Positions 8,746 to 18,167 of a DNA stretch of 64,000 bases are shown in pieces. The translations under genes and the position numbers were made by a program. The stretch comes from Dehalococcoidia bacterium (GTDB lineage: Bacteria > Chloroflexota > Dehalococcoidia > Lucifugimonadales > JAGWBF01), in contig DAOUKR010000015.1 in the NCBI GenBank assembly GCA_034421095.1, positions 17,283 through 81,282 on the forward strand. The letters are read 5' to 3'. Within the stretch, counting starts at the first letter, position 1. Every line of letters starts with the position of its first letter. Below the pieces are notes generated by a model. It was given only the letters and a program-made list of their open reading frames with translations, made no database searches and was not told the origin of the DNA.

Positions 8746-9258
8746 ATGGACGTGTACCAGGCTATCAGGACTCGGGTGGCCGTGAGGAGATTCATGCCGG
8801 ACCCTGTCCCGGAACCCGTAATCAAGAAGATTCTGCGGGCCGGACGGTGGGCACCCAGCCGCAGGAACACCCAGCCCTGGCACTTCATCGTCATCCGGGA
8901 CGGCCATACCCTTGCGCAGCTTGCCTCCATGACCTCCGGCGGCCCCTACATAGCCGACGCTCCTCTTGCCATTGGCATAGTGATGGAGAACGCCAGGATG
9001 TCCCAGTTCGACGCCGGCAGACTGATAGAGAATATGCTGCTGGCGGCCTGGAGCGAGGGTGTAGGCACCTGTTTCGTAGGCGGCTTCGACCAAGAGAAGG
9101 CCAAGGACCTTCTGAATATACCCCAGGATATGGACTTGATAACCGTGATGCCCTATGGCTATCCCACGGAGGCTGCAAAGTCCGGCGGGAAGCGCCGAAA
9201 GCCCCTGTCGGAGAACACCCACGTGGAGCGCTTCGGGGAGAAGTGGACTGGTATATAA
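8746..9258 (+). CDS. Nitroreductase family protein
   Basis: 'AIRTRVAVRRFMPDPVP...ILRAGRWAPSRRNTQPWHFIVI'. ATG 8746 follows GGGAGG. Confidence 0.85.
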   Translation: MDVYQAIRTRVAVRRFMPDPVPEPVIKKILRAGRWAPSRRNTQPWHFIVIRDGHTLAQLASMTSGGPYIADAPLAIGIVMENARMSQFDAGRLIENMLLAAWSEGVGTCFVGGFDQEKAKDLLNIPQDMDLITVMPYGYPTEAAKSGGKRRKPLSENTHVERFGEKWTGI

Positions 9259-9287
9259 GGGTAGAAAACCATAGTGGAGGTACGCTA

Positions 9288-9680
9288 ATGGCGAAGACCA
9301 TACTCGAGACCCCAAAGGTTGCCGTCCCCAGTGGAATTATGTCCCAGGGAGTGAAGGTCCCGGCGGGAAACATGGTGTTTGTATCGGGCCAGGTCGGGCG
9401 CAATGCCCAGGGGGAGGTGGCGCAGGGCGACATCCGTTCCCAGACTCGCCAGGCACTGGAGAACGTGAAGGCGGTGCTGGAGGCGGCGGGGGCCACCATG
9501 GACGACATTGTGAAGGTGACCGTATTCGTGACCAACGTGACGGAGCAATATGCCCCGATTCACGAGGTGCGGGCCGAGTTTTTCAAGAAGGACTACCCGG
9601 CCAGCACCCTGGTGGAGATAAAAGCCCTGGCCGGTCCCGACCTGCTAATCGAGATTGAGGCCATCGCAGTTACCCAGTGA
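9288..9680 (+). CDS. ridA: RidA/YjgF family reactive-intermediate deaminase
   Basis: 'VFVSGQVG...', 'IVKVTVFV', 'PASTLVEIKALAGPDLLIEIEAIA'. ATG 9288 follows GGAGG. It is the only credible part of ORF-track entry 8730..9680. Confidence 0.9.
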   Translation: MAKTILETPKVAVPSGIMSQGVKVPAGNMVFVSGQVGRNAQGEVAQGDIRSQTRQALENVKAVLEAAGATMDDIVKVTVFVTNVTEQYAPIHEVRAEFFKKDYPASTLVEIKALAGPDLLIEIEAIAVTQ

Positions 9681-9696
9681 GGGCGTAGCCGTCGCC

Positions 9697-10584
9697 CTAC
9701 CGGGCGGGCAGGTATTGCCTGTACCAGTCCAGGGTCGGCGTCATAACCTCGCTGAAAGCCGGCTCTTTATATACCTCGTAGTGGCCGTAGCCCTTGAGTA
9801 CTACCAGCTTCTTGGGTTCTCCGGCCAGTGCGTAGAGCTGCTCCGACTCCTCCGGGGGCACCAGGCGGTCGTTATCGGTGGTGATAAACAGGATAGGACG
9901 GGGCGAAATCTTGTCCACTATCCACTCCGGGTTGAAGCCGATGGTATCGTCCACGTACTCCAGGGGTATGGTGCCGACGGCTGCGGGGTTGTTGCGGCGG
10001 GCCGCTGCCGCCAGCTCTGCCGATTGGCGGTCCGGAAGGAGTATTTCGCTGCGGTCCACCATCTCCGACTCCCCTGTGGTTGCCCTCTTCTCCCGGTCGG
10101 CTTGGGAGCGTTCCAGGAGGTCGAACCATTCATCCATCCTGCGGACGCGGCTCATCCACCGCGCCCCGTGGCCTATGCCCACCACGCTGACTATGCACTT
10201 GGCCCTCTGGTCCACGGCCCCGACCCAGGTGACGGTGGCACCACCATAGCTGGTGCCGTATAGCCCGATACGCTGGGCATCCACCTCCGGCTGCATACCG
10301 AGGAAGGTCATCGCCGCCTGCACGTCCATGACCCTGCTGTAGGGGGCCAGGCGGCTGCGTGGCCCCTCGCTGTCGCCCCAGCCCTTGTAGTCGAAGGTCA
10401 TCGCTACGTAGCCGGCCTCGTTCAGCGCTCTGGCGTTATCCGGCAGATAGAGGTCTTTGACGCCGGTGTAGCCATGACACAGGAGGACGGCGGCCCGTGA
10501 CTCTGCTGGGCGCAGGTCATCGGGCGTGTAGATGTCGCCACATAGCTTGACCCCCTCGCTGTAGAACTCCACCGCGCGTTTCAT
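9697..10584 (-). CDS. Alpha/beta hydrolase (dienelactone-hydrolase-like)
   Basis: 'AVLLCHGYTG', nucleophile elbow 'LYGTSYGG' (GxSxG), C-terminal 'GYGHYEVY'. Confidence 0.8.
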   Translation of the reverse strand: MKRAVEFYSEGVKLCGDIYTPDDLRPAESRAAVLLCHGYTGVKDLYLPDNARALNEAGYVAMTFDYKGWGDSEGPRSRLAPYSRVMDVQAAMTFLGMQPEVDAQRIGLYGTSYGGATVTWVGAVDQRAKCIVSVVGIGHGARWMSRVRRMDEWFDLLERSQADREKRATTGESEMVDRSEILLPDRQSAELAAAARRNNPAAVGTIPLEYVDDTIGFNPEWIVDKISPRPILFITTDNDRLVPPEESEQLYALAGEPKKLVVLKGYGHYEVYKEPAFSEVMTPTLDWYRQYLPAR

Positions 10585-10825
10585 GGCGTCGCCTCCTCCA
10601 GCTTGAAGCTGAGCTTTTGGTGCATTCTATTGTGCTATAATTCGGGCGTGGGATTCAACTGTTATATATGATGAGTCCGGTGACGAAGGGGCTTTTGGAA
10701 GATGCTATTGAAGCGGGACCATCAGGTTTACAAGGATGGTCGCAAAATGGTAGGTAACACGTGTAACAATTAATTCCTTCCACAATGCAGAGGAGGTATG
10801 TGGGCCAGAACGAGATGGAGGCGTT

Positions 10826-11119
10826 ATGACAGCCCAACCCAAATTGACAAAAGAAGAGATTATCAATCTGCTCGGTGACCCAGCCGATGTGGACCGTGAC
10901 TTACAGAAATTCAGGGAATCGGCCCGGTCTCTATCATCGAAACACTCCAGTATGATAACCCGCTATCCAAAACAATGGATTGCAGTCTATCAGGGCAAAG
11001 TACGAGCTCAGGGCAGAACGTTTCGGTCTGTATTAGCACAAATTGACGAGAAAGGTATTCCCCGTGGGGATGTCATTGTACGTTACATAGACAAAGATGA
11101 ACGTACCATGATTCTCTAA
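10826..11119 (+). CDS. DUF5678-like small protein (partner of retropepsin-like protease)
   Basis: 'YPKQWIAVYQGKVRAQGRTFRSVLAQIDEKGIPRGDVIVRYI' fits the pattern I recall for DUF5678. SD GGAGG upstream. Confidence 0.6.
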   Translation: MTAQPKLTKEEIINLLGDPADVDRDLQKFRESARSLSSKHSSMITRYPKQWIAVYQGKVRAQGRTFRSVLAQIDEKGIPRGDVIVRYIDKDERTMIL

Positions 11120-11124
11120 ATGTT

Positions 11125-11562
11125 ATGCTACGAGGACGGTTCGGAAACAGGAGTGGGAGACCCTATATTGAGGGTCTCCTTGCTTTTCCGAGGTTTCAAA
11201 TGATGCATAAGATTTCATTTTGTGTCGACACCGGCGCTGATAAGAGCCTTCTGCTTCCTGATGATGGAATGCTTATGGGCCTCGATTACAGTAGACTCAC
11301 CGGAGATAATGAAACTGTAGGGTTAGGTGGTATCTCTCATAATTTCGTAGAATCAGCGTTGATCACGTTTGCCGAAGCCGGTCGCTATCTCTACATCTAC
11401 GAAACCGAACTAGATATTGCCGCACCAGCACCCGAATTGATGGGGATCCCATCATTACTCGGCAGGGATATACTCAATCGCTGGCGCATGAATTATAACC
11501 CGACAAAGGGTAGACTCACTTTCCAAGTTATATCTGCTGACATCACTCTGCCCATACAATAA
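11125..11562 (+). CDS. Retropepsin-like (clan AA) aspartic protease
   Basis: Catalytic 'VDTGADKSLL' (DTG) and 'LLGRDIL'. Starts 5 nt after the preceding stop. Confidence 0.75.
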   Translation: MLRGRFGNRSGRPYIEGLLAFPRFQMMHKISFCVDTGADKSLLLPDDGMLMGLDYSRLTGDNETVGLGGISHNFVESALITFAEAGRYLYIYETELDIAAPAPELMGIPSLLGRDILNRWRMNYNPTKGRLTFQVISADITLPIQ

Positions 11563-11584
11563 AAGGGCCTGCATATAGATTCCA

Positions 11585-11621
11585 CCGGCGTCTTGGCATA
11601 CAGGTAATGCCGAGACGCCGG
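11585..11621 (+). terminator. Strong stem-loop downstream of the protease gene (no U-tract)
   Basis: CCGGCGTCTTGGCAT-acaggta-ATGCCGAGACGCCGG: 15-nt arms with one G.U position. Confidence 0.3.
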
Positions 11622-11718
11622 AAGACGTCCCCGCCCCGCCCCCTGCCTTGACCCCCCAATGCCCCACATATATCATGTATACTGGACCAGCAAAGTCGTG
11701 CATGAAGGTGGTGACACA

Positions 11719-13095
11719 ATGGGGGAGCAGCAGCTAAGGCTATACTCAACATCGGGCATCTTGGGCTATGGATACAAGGATGAGTCCTTCCAGAGGGCGG
11801 TGGAGAGCGGTCTCGACCTCATCGCCTGCGACGGGGGCAGCACTGACCCTGGCCCCAACTATCTGGGCATGGGGAAGGCTTTCGTGGGCCGGGATGCGGC
11901 CAAGCGAGACCTGAAAAATATGCTCATCGCAGGCCACGACCGGAAGATTCCGGTAATCATAGGCACCAGCGGTGGCGCTGGGGGAGACCCCCATCTCCAG
12001 TGGATGCGGGAGATTGTGGAGGAGATTGCCAGGGAGAACGACCTGCATTTCAAGGTGGCCCTGATTCACTCGGAGCAGAGCGTGGGATACGTGTCCGAGA
12101 AGCTGGAGCAAGGCAAGGTAAGCCCCCTGTGGCCCATGTCTCCCCTCACGAAGGAAAACCTGAACAAGAGCACCAGCATAGTGGGAATGATGGGTGTGGA
12201 ACCCTACATCGAGGCCCTGAGCCAGGGCGCACAAGTCATTCTGGCGGGCCGCTCCGACGATTCGGCCATATTCGCCTCCATGCCCATAAAGGAGGAATTC
12301 GACCCTGCCCAGGGTTGGATGGCGGGCAAGCTGCTGGAGTGTGGCGCAGCCTGCACAGTGCCCCGCCAGAAATATGGCAGCGAAGGCCTGATAGTGTCCG
12401 TGCGTGAGGACCACATACTGGTGGAGGCTCCCCATCCCGGCCTTCAGTGCACCCCCCTGAGCATCGGGACCTTCTTCCTCCACGAGAACGAGACGCCCCT
12501 CTATCACACCGAGCCTTCGGGCGTCCTCGACCTGAGCCGACTCCAGTTCGAGGCCGTGGACGACAGGACGGTGAAGGTTACCGGGGCAAGGTTTGTGCCC
12601 TCGGAGAAGTACACCGTGCGACTGGAGGGCGTGGAGTTCGTTGGATACCGCTCCATCTGTGTTTCCACTACACGCGACCCGGTGCTGGTAGGCTGCATAG
12701 ACAGCTACCTGGACTCGGTGGGCGAGATCGTCCGCCAGCGAGTTGATGGCCTGGGGATAAGCCAGGATGATTACAAGATGGTGTACCGGGTGATGGGCAA
12801 GGACTCGGTTATGGGCAGCCGGGAGCCGGTGAAGGAGCTGAGCACCCACGAGCTGGGGGTGATTATCGAAGCTGTCGCCCCCACCCAGGATATGGCCAAC
12901 GAAATCGTGGGCATCGCCCGACAGGCAGCCAAGAACGGGCACTACAACGGGAAGCTGTGCGACGAGGGATGTATCACCTTCCCCTACTCCCCTTCTGACA
13001 TACCCGTTGGGCCTGTGTACCAGTTCAACATGCTGCACACAGTGGAGCCGGACAGCCCCCTGGAGATGTTTCCCATAGAATATGTGAACGTGTAA
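11719..13095 (+). CDS. AtuA-like acyclic terpene utilisation family protein (DUF1446)
   Basis: 'GYGYKDESF...LIACDGGSTDPGP' and 'IGTSGGAGG' resemble DUF1446. ATG 11719 preferred. Confidence 0.75.
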   Translation: MGEQQLRLYSTSGILGYGYKDESFQRAVESGLDLIACDGGSTDPGPNYLGMGKAFVGRDAAKRDLKNMLIAGHDRKIPVIIGTSGGAGGDPHLQWMREIVEEIARENDLHFKVALIHSEQSVGYVSEKLEQGKVSPLWPMSPLTKENLNKSTSIVGMMGVEPYIEALSQGAQVILAGRSDDSAIFASMPIKEEFDPAQGWMAGKLLECGAACTVPRQKYGSEGLIVSVREDHILVEAPHPGLQCTPLSIGTFFLHENETPLYHTEPSGVLDLSRLQFEAVDDRTVKVTGARFVPSEKYTVRLEGVEFVGYRSICVSTTRDPVLVGCIDSYLDSVGEIVRQRVDGLGISQDDYKMVYRVMGKDSVMGSREPVKELSTHELGVIIEAVAPTQDMANEIVGIARQAAKNGHYNGKLCDEGCITFPYSPSDIPVGPVYQFNMLHTVEPDSPLEMFPIEYVNV

Positions 13096-13103
13096 GGAGA
13101 GGG

Positions 13104-13415
13104 ATGGCCAGAATAAGGGATATTGCCGTCACATGCCGCAGCAAGAATGCCAGCCCCTTCCTGGTGACGCTGGACATAGTATTTCCCGACTCCGAGACCT
13201 TCGGCAAGGTGCAGGCGTCGGGGGTCATAAACAAGGAGCTTATATCCCGGCTGTACAGCGTGCCGGTGGATGACGTACTGCTGGTGGAGTTTGCGCCTGC
13301 CAACGCCTTCAAGGCCACCATCCCCCGGCTGTACGGGTCCGGGGACGTGGAGGACACCGATGTCTACGGCGCTCAGCAGCACGCCCCCCTGATGGACGTA
13401 GAGGTGCCGGTCTAG
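13104..13415 (+). CDS. DUF4387-like protein (usual partner of DUF1446)
   Basis: 'IRDIAVTCRSKNASPFLVTLDIVF...FGKV' and position immediately after the AtuA-like gene. SD AAGGAGAGGG. Confidence 0.7.
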   Translation: MARIRDIAVTCRSKNASPFLVTLDIVFPDSETFGKVQASGVINKELISRLYSVPVDDVLLVEFAPANAFKATIPRLYGSGDVEDTDVYGAQQHAPLMDVEVPV

Positions 13416-13556
13416 GGGCTGAATTTTGACGGGCAAGCGCGGCTGTGGCTAGACCGACGTGGCATTTTGCAGGTGTGAGGGGAGGACTGTGACGGACAAG
13501 TCCCCCTGACTTTACGAGGGAGGGTTCCCATCATTGCAAAAGGGGCAAGCCCCGCC

Positions 13557-14813
13557 GTGCTCCTGGTGGCGCTGTCTTGTGTGGCAGTTGCTCTGCTGGT
13601 GGCCTGCACCCGACCTGCACCCACACCTGAGCCAACCGCCACGCCAACTGCAACACCGACGCCTCAGCCGACCGCTATGCCAACGCCTGAGCCGGGCGAC
13701 TCGGACAGGGCTGCTCTGGTAGCCCTCTACAATACGACGGACGGCCCAAACTGGGGGGACAGTACCAACTGGCTGAGCGGCGCGCCAATTGGTGAATGGT
13801 ACGGCGTGACCACGGATGACAGTGGCCGCGTCCGATTGCTGTACCTCCACAAGAACCAGTTGAGCGGGGAGATACCGCCGGAGCTGGGTGACCTTGTCAA
13901 CCTGGAATCGCTGTACCTCCACGAGAACCAGTTGAGCGGGGAGATACCGCCCGAACTGGGCAACCTCGCCAACCTGGAAGTGCTGGACCTCGGCGGAAAC
14001 CAGTTGACCGGAGAGATACCCCCGGAGCTGGGCAATCTCGCCAACCTGGAAGTGCTGGGCCTCTACGTGAGCCAGCTGACCGGAGAGATACCCCCGGGGT
14101 TGGGCAACCTCGCCAACCTGGAAGTGCTGGGCCTCTACGTGAACCAGCTGACCGGAGAGATACCCCCGGAGTTGAGCAACCTCGCCAACCTGGAAGTGCT
14201 GTACCTCCACTCAAACCAGCTGACCGGAGAGATTCCCCCGGATCTGGGCAACCTCGCCAACCTGGAATCCCTTGACCTATCCAGCAACCAGTTGAGCGGA
14301 GAAATACCGCTGGAGTTGAACAACCTCTCCAGCCTGGAAGTGCTGCGCCTCGACAGGAACCAGTTGAGCGGGAGCATACCGCCGGAACTGGGCGACCTCC
14401 TCAGCCTGGAAGTGCTGATCCTCGACAGCAACCAGTTGAGCGGGAGGATTCCGCCAGAACTGGGCGACCTAGCCAACTTGGAAGTGCTGCACATCGTAAG
14501 GAACCAATTGACCGCCGGGATCCCGCCGGAGTTGAGCAACCTCTCCAACCTGATAGTGCTGAGGATCAACCACAACCAGTTGAGTGGGAAGATATCGCCG
14601 GAACTGGGCGACCTAGCCAACTTGGAAACGCTTTACCTCCACTCGAACCAGTTGAGCGGGGAGATACCGGCAGAGCTGGGCGGCCTCGTCAACCTGGAAT
14701 ACCTGTACCTTGACGGCAATCGACTGAGCGGGTGTATACCCGATGGTCTGAGAGACGTACGGAACAATGATCTCGCGGACCTTGGTCTGCCTTTCTGTAC
14801 GCCAGACCCCTGA
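13557..14813 (+). CDS. Leucine-rich-repeat lipoprotein, plant-type 24-residue LRRs
   Basis: Lipobox 'LLVAC', Pro/Thr linker, N-cap 'ALVALYNTTDGPNWGDSTNWLSGAPIGEWYGVT', then 13 repeats of 'NLEvLxLxxNQLsGEIPPELGNLa'. Confidence 0.85.
   Translation: MLLVALSCVAVALLVACTRPAPTPEPTATPTATPTPQPTAMPTPEPGDSDRAALVALYNTTDGPNWGDSTNWLSGAPIGEWYGVTTDDSGRVRLLYLHKNQLSGEIPPELGDLVNLESLYLHENQLSGEIPPELGNLANLEVLDLGGNQLTGEIPPELGNLANLEVLGLYVSQLTGEIPPGLGNLANLEVLGLYVNQLTGEIPPELSNLANLEVLYLHSNQLTGEIPPDLGNLANLESLDLSSNQLSGEIPLELNNLSSLEVLRLDRNQLSGSIPPELGDLLSLEVLILDSNQLSGRIPPELGDLANLEVLHIVRNQLTAGIPPELSNLSNLIVLRINHNQLSGKISPELGDLANLETLYLHSNQLSGEIPAELGGLVNLEYLYLDGNRLSGCIPDGLRDVRNNDLADLGLPFCTPDP
13827..14762 (+). repeat. 13 tandem 72-bp coding repeats (LRR units)
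   Basis: Several neighbouring units are near-identical at DNA level, e.g. CTCGCCAACCTGGAAGTGCTGG recurs. Confidence 0.85.
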
Positions 14814-14836
14814 CGCAGCTCAGCAGGCGGGTATTT

Positions 14837-14862
14837 GGATTCCTCGCTGCGCTCGGAATGAC
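14837..14862. repeat. GTCATTCC-family repeat unit (GGATTCCTCGCTGCGCTCGGAATGAC)
   Basis: Same core as 6280-6310. A second partial GATGAC end lies at 14871-14885. Confidence 0.6.
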
Positions 14863-14987
14863 GGCGAAGGGTCGCTGGGGATGACAATTGGAAGGCCCTA
14901 GGTACACGGATACAGAGAGGTGAGCACGGCTGCTACTTTGTAGTAAAATTGTAGTGGCAAGGTATATGCTGAAGTGGGGAGGGGGCT

Positions 14988-15512
14988 TTGAGCGTTCAGG
15001 ACATCCTGAAGCCCGGCGAGAAGGTACTGTCCGTGTGCAAGCCCCTTTACGCCACTTCCCAGCGCATCGTCCGCTACGATGAAAGAATGCCCGGGGGGCC
15101 GGTGGAAGAGATCGCCTATAACGACCTCACCGGCGTGGAGCTGATGTGGAAGCCCAGCCATCCAATGATGATTCTGGGCACCGTCTGCGTCATCGCCGCC
15201 GTCTTCCTCTCGCTGACCGGACTCATCTTCATCACTTCGATCCCGGCCCTGATAATTGGGGTTGTGCTGCTGGTACTGGGTGCCAGAGGAGGGCCCGGAT
15301 ACTATCGGCTCCGTACTCGCGACTCCTCTCCCCACCCGTATATGGCGCCGGACCGGAAGCAGAGCGTCACCCTGCTCACGGTGATGGAATATCTGGGTCT
15401 CAGGACATCCCTTGAGGAGACCCGCTGGCGTATGGACTACTCCAAGGCCGGAAGCTTCCTTGCGACGGTACGCAATATAGTCGGGGACCTTCCCGAGATT
15501 GACAGCCGCTAG
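14988..15512 (+). CDS. Hypothetical membrane protein (N-terminal PH-like segment, two TM helices)
   Basis: TTG start after a G-rich SD. Hydrophobic stretch 'MMILGTVCVIAAVFLSLTGLIFITSIPALIIGVVLLVLG'. No recognisable catalytic motif. Confidence 0.5.
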   Translation: MSVQDILKPGEKVLSVCKPLYATSQRIVRYDERMPGGPVEEIAYNDLTGVELMWKPSHPMMILGTVCVIAAVFLSLTGLIFITSIPALIIGVVLLVLGARGGPGYYRLRTRDSSPHPYMAPDRKQSVTLLTVMEYLGLRTSLEETRWRMDYSKAGSFLATVRNIVGDLPEIDSR

Positions 15513-15518
15513 GAGCGA

Positions 15519-16979
15519 CTATTCCTGCTCCAGGAACTCTCTCACCCAATCGGTCATGGACGTCCGGTCGTAGAAATTGTACATGATACCGGCGTTGAGC
15601 AGGTCATCACCCTGGAAGAACCGCTCATATAACGTCTGCCTCGCTCCGAAGGCGCTGCAGCAAGCGTCCCACGCAAGCCTGAACAGCCTCACCCGCTCCG
15701 CTGCAGACGCAGTGTCGGTCTCCAGATAGCGCTCTATCTCCGAAGCCAAGGGGCCGTTGAGGTCCGCCTCGGTGGGGAGGGCCATGAGGCTGCTGGAGCC
15801 CAGAAGGTGGAGAATCTCCGTCATCCTCGGGTACATGCGTATGAACAGCTTGCAGGCTATCATCAGCGGGGTCGTGGAGGGACACATAACACCCCACCGA
15901 TCCATCGTGGCATCGGACTCGGCGGAGCGAAGGCAGGCTCTTGTGACCTCCAGGTTCTCGATAATCTCGGCCATCATCTGCTGCACGTGGGGGAGTTGGC
16001 CCGAACCCAGCGTGTGGACCATGAGGTTGGCAAGGCCCAGCATGAACTCGCACTTGACCACGTTCTTTGCCACCGACTGATGCCTGGAGTGGTTATACTG
16101 GCTTGTGTCCATGACCATGTTGTTGGACAGGTCCACGTCACCCAGCAGGAAGACCCGTTCCCAGGGGACCAGTACGTCGTTGAAGAACACTATGGAGTCC
16201 TGCTCCTCGAACCGGGACCCCAGGGGATGGTCGAAGTGGGAGCGGCCGTAGTCCAGGCTTTCCCGGCACAGGAACTTCAGGCCCGGCGTGTTGCACGGGA
16301 TGGAGAAGGCGAAAGTGTACCGCTCGGCGTCGTCCGCGGGGACCCTGCGGGAGCTGGCGAGGTACACAGCAACCTCGTCGGAGAGGGGGGCTAGGGTAGC
16401 CATTACCCGGGCGCCCCGGACCACAATGCCGGCGTCGGTCTCCCGAACAATCTTGAGGGCCACGTCGCTCCTGTCGTCCTGGGGCATGGGGATCGCCGAG
16501 GGAGAGCGGGTGCGCTGCACGTTGGCAAGGGTGTGGGTGAGGGCCAGGTCGTTTTCCCGGACGTACTCGTAGTACCTCTGGATATTATCTTTGAACTCCG
16601 GGCGATTCCGGGCGAAATAGTCGCCCGCAGCGGCCAGGGACATTATGGTCACGTTGAGGAAGTCCGGCGTGCGGCCTATCATGCCGCAGGTGGCGCGTGC
16701 CCAGTGGGTCATCATAACGCGCCTCTGCTCCAGATCCTCAATGGTCCGGGGTGTGATGAAGGATAGGCCCACCCTGTCTCCGGTGGTGGGGGAGGTGTAG
16801 GTCATCTCATCCCGCAGGGCGGGGTCGTGCTGCATGTCGTAGAGGCTGGCCAGGGTGCGGACTCCGTTGCACAGTGCAGGGTGTGTGGTCACGTCCTTGA
16901 CCCGCTCCCCATTGATGTAAATCTCGGCGCTTCGCTCTCGTAGCCCTGCTATGTACTCCGCACCTGTCCTGGCCGGCAT
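15519..16979 (-). CDS. 4-hydroxyphenylacetate 3-monooxygenase oxygenase-component (HpaB) family
   Basis: The N-terminus 'ARTGAEYIAGLRERSAEIYINGERVKDVTTHPAL' and 'IGRTPDFLN' resemble the HpaB / 4-hydroxybutyryl-CoA dehydratase fold family. Confidence 0.8.
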   Translation of the reverse strand: MPARTGAEYIAGLRERSAEIYINGERVKDVTTHPALCNGVRTLASLYDMQHDPALRDEMTYTSPTTGDRVGLSFITPRTIEDLEQRRVMMTHWARATCGMIGRTPDFLNVTIMSLAAAGDYFARNRPEFKDNIQRYYEYVRENDLALTHTLANVQRTRSPSAIPMPQDDRSDVALKIVRETDAGIVVRGARVMATLAPLSDEVAVYLASSRRVPADDAERYTFAFSIPCNTPGLKFLCRESLDYGRSHFDHPLGSRFEEQDSIVFFNDVLVPWERVFLLGDVDLSNNMVMDTSQYNHSRHQSVAKNVVKCEFMLGLANLMVHTLGSGQLPHVQQMMAEIIENLEVTRACLRSAESDATMDRWGVMCPSTTPLMIACKLFIRMYPRMTEILHLLGSSSLMALPTEADLNGPLASEIERYLETDTASAAERVRLFRLAWDACCSAFGARQTLYERFFQGDDLLNAGIMYNFYDRTSMTDWVREFLEQE

Positions 16980-16994
16980 GGTACGTCCTCTCCT

Positions 16995-18167
16995 CTACTC
17001 GTAGGGCTGCAGCTTAATCTCATGCAGGGCAGGTATCACCTCTTTACCCAGCAGCTCGATGGAGCGCATGACGTCCTTGTGGGCTATGGTCCCGTCGCTG
17101 GCTATGAGGAGCAAGTATCCTGGGCTGAGGTGCTCTATGGTCGTCGCCAGCTTCCTGGTGACAGTCTCCGGGCTTCCCACCACGAGCATGTTGAGTTCCT
17201 GAAGCGCCTCGTAGTCCATCTGCCTTCCAACCTGGGGCTTCCTCACCATCACGCTCCTTCCCAGGCTCGACTGGAATCCGGGAGGGTCGTTGTGCTCCCT
17301 GGGTCCCTTCATACGGTGGTCCTGAGTCCACAGAAAATGCCGCCCGATCTCCTGGGCCTCCTCATCGGTGTCAGCCACCAGTGCCCGAAGCTGATAGCCG
17401 AAGTGCTGAGGACCAGGCCTATAGCCGGCCTCATGGGCTGTGTCTATGTATATCTGTTTCAGCTCCTTGGTAAGCTCCATAATTGCCCCAAGGCTCATGT
17501 AGGGGTAGCCGTGCCTGGCAGCCCACTTCACACTCTCTGGGCTTCCGGCGCCTGGGAACCAGATGGGTGGGTGAGGCTTCTGCATAGGCAGCACCCAGGG
17601 GTTTACAGCCCTGTAGTGGTAATACTTGCCCTCATATCGGAAGGGTCCGGGAGTCGTCCAGCATTTGATAATGAGGTCATGGGCCTCCTCGAACCTCTCA
17701 CGGTTCTCCGTGGGGTCTATGCCGCCCATAAGACTCTCGGTTGCGCCCCCACGCACAAAACCGGAGATTAACCTTCCGCCGGAATAGCAGTCCAGCATGG
17801 CCACCTCTTCGGCCATTCTCACCGGGTCGTTGATGGGGAGTATATTCCCCATAATGGCTATTTTGACCCTCTTGGTAATCTTGCTGATGACGGCGGCGTC
17901 CAGATTGGCCGATGGCTTCATATTCCAGTAAGCGGAGTGGTGCTCGTTGGTCAGTATTCCGTCTACGCCCACCTCATCGGCCCATGCGTACTGCTCATGG
18001 TACTGCTTATATAGCGCGTGGGCCTTTTGCGGGTCGAAATAGGTGTTGGGGAAACGTAGGCGCGCATCGTATTTCTCGAGGTCTTCATCAGTGATATAGC
18101 TGTAGGGCTGCTGAGTGTGAAAGTACACCTCGACCTTATCCCTTGGTGGAGTCGCGGTCTCAATCAT
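16995..18167 (-). CDS. Luciferase-like (LLM class) flavin-dependent monooxygenase
   Basis: LLM-like pattern 'GVDGILTNEHH..', 'GGRLISGFVRG'. ATG 18167 follows GGAGGAGG. Confidence 0.8.
   Translation of the reverse strand: MIETATPPRDKVEVYFHTQQPYSYITDEDLEKYDARLRFPNTYFDPQKAHALYKQYHEQYAWADEVGVDGILTNEHHSAYWNMKPSANLDAAVISKITKRVKIAIMGNILPINDPVRMAEEVAMLDCYSGGRLISGFVRGGATESLMGGIDPTENRERFEEAHDLIIKCWTTPGPFRYEGKYYHYRAVNPWVLPMQKPHPPIWFPGAGSPESVKWAARHGYPYMSLGAIMELTKELKQIYIDTAHEAGYRPGPQHFGYQLRALVADTDEEAQEIGRHFLWTQDHRMKGPREHNDPPGFQSSLGRSVMVRKPQVGRQMDYEALQELNMLVVGSPETVTRKLATTIEHLSPGYLLLIASDGTIAHKDVMRSIELLGKEVIPALHEIKLQPYE

Noticed and set aside
8730-9680. 316-aa ORF spanning the nitroreductase and RidA region
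   Set aside because: Its first ~185 aa are an alternative frame of the nitroreductase gene with Arg/Pro-rich nonsense composition. Only the part from ATG 9288, which has an SD, is RidA.
13827-14762. Regular 72-bp periodic repeats that could look like a CRISPR array
   Set aside because: The repeats are contiguous with no unique spacers and lie in frame inside one ORF, each encoding a 24-aa LRR unit. No cas genes are nearby.
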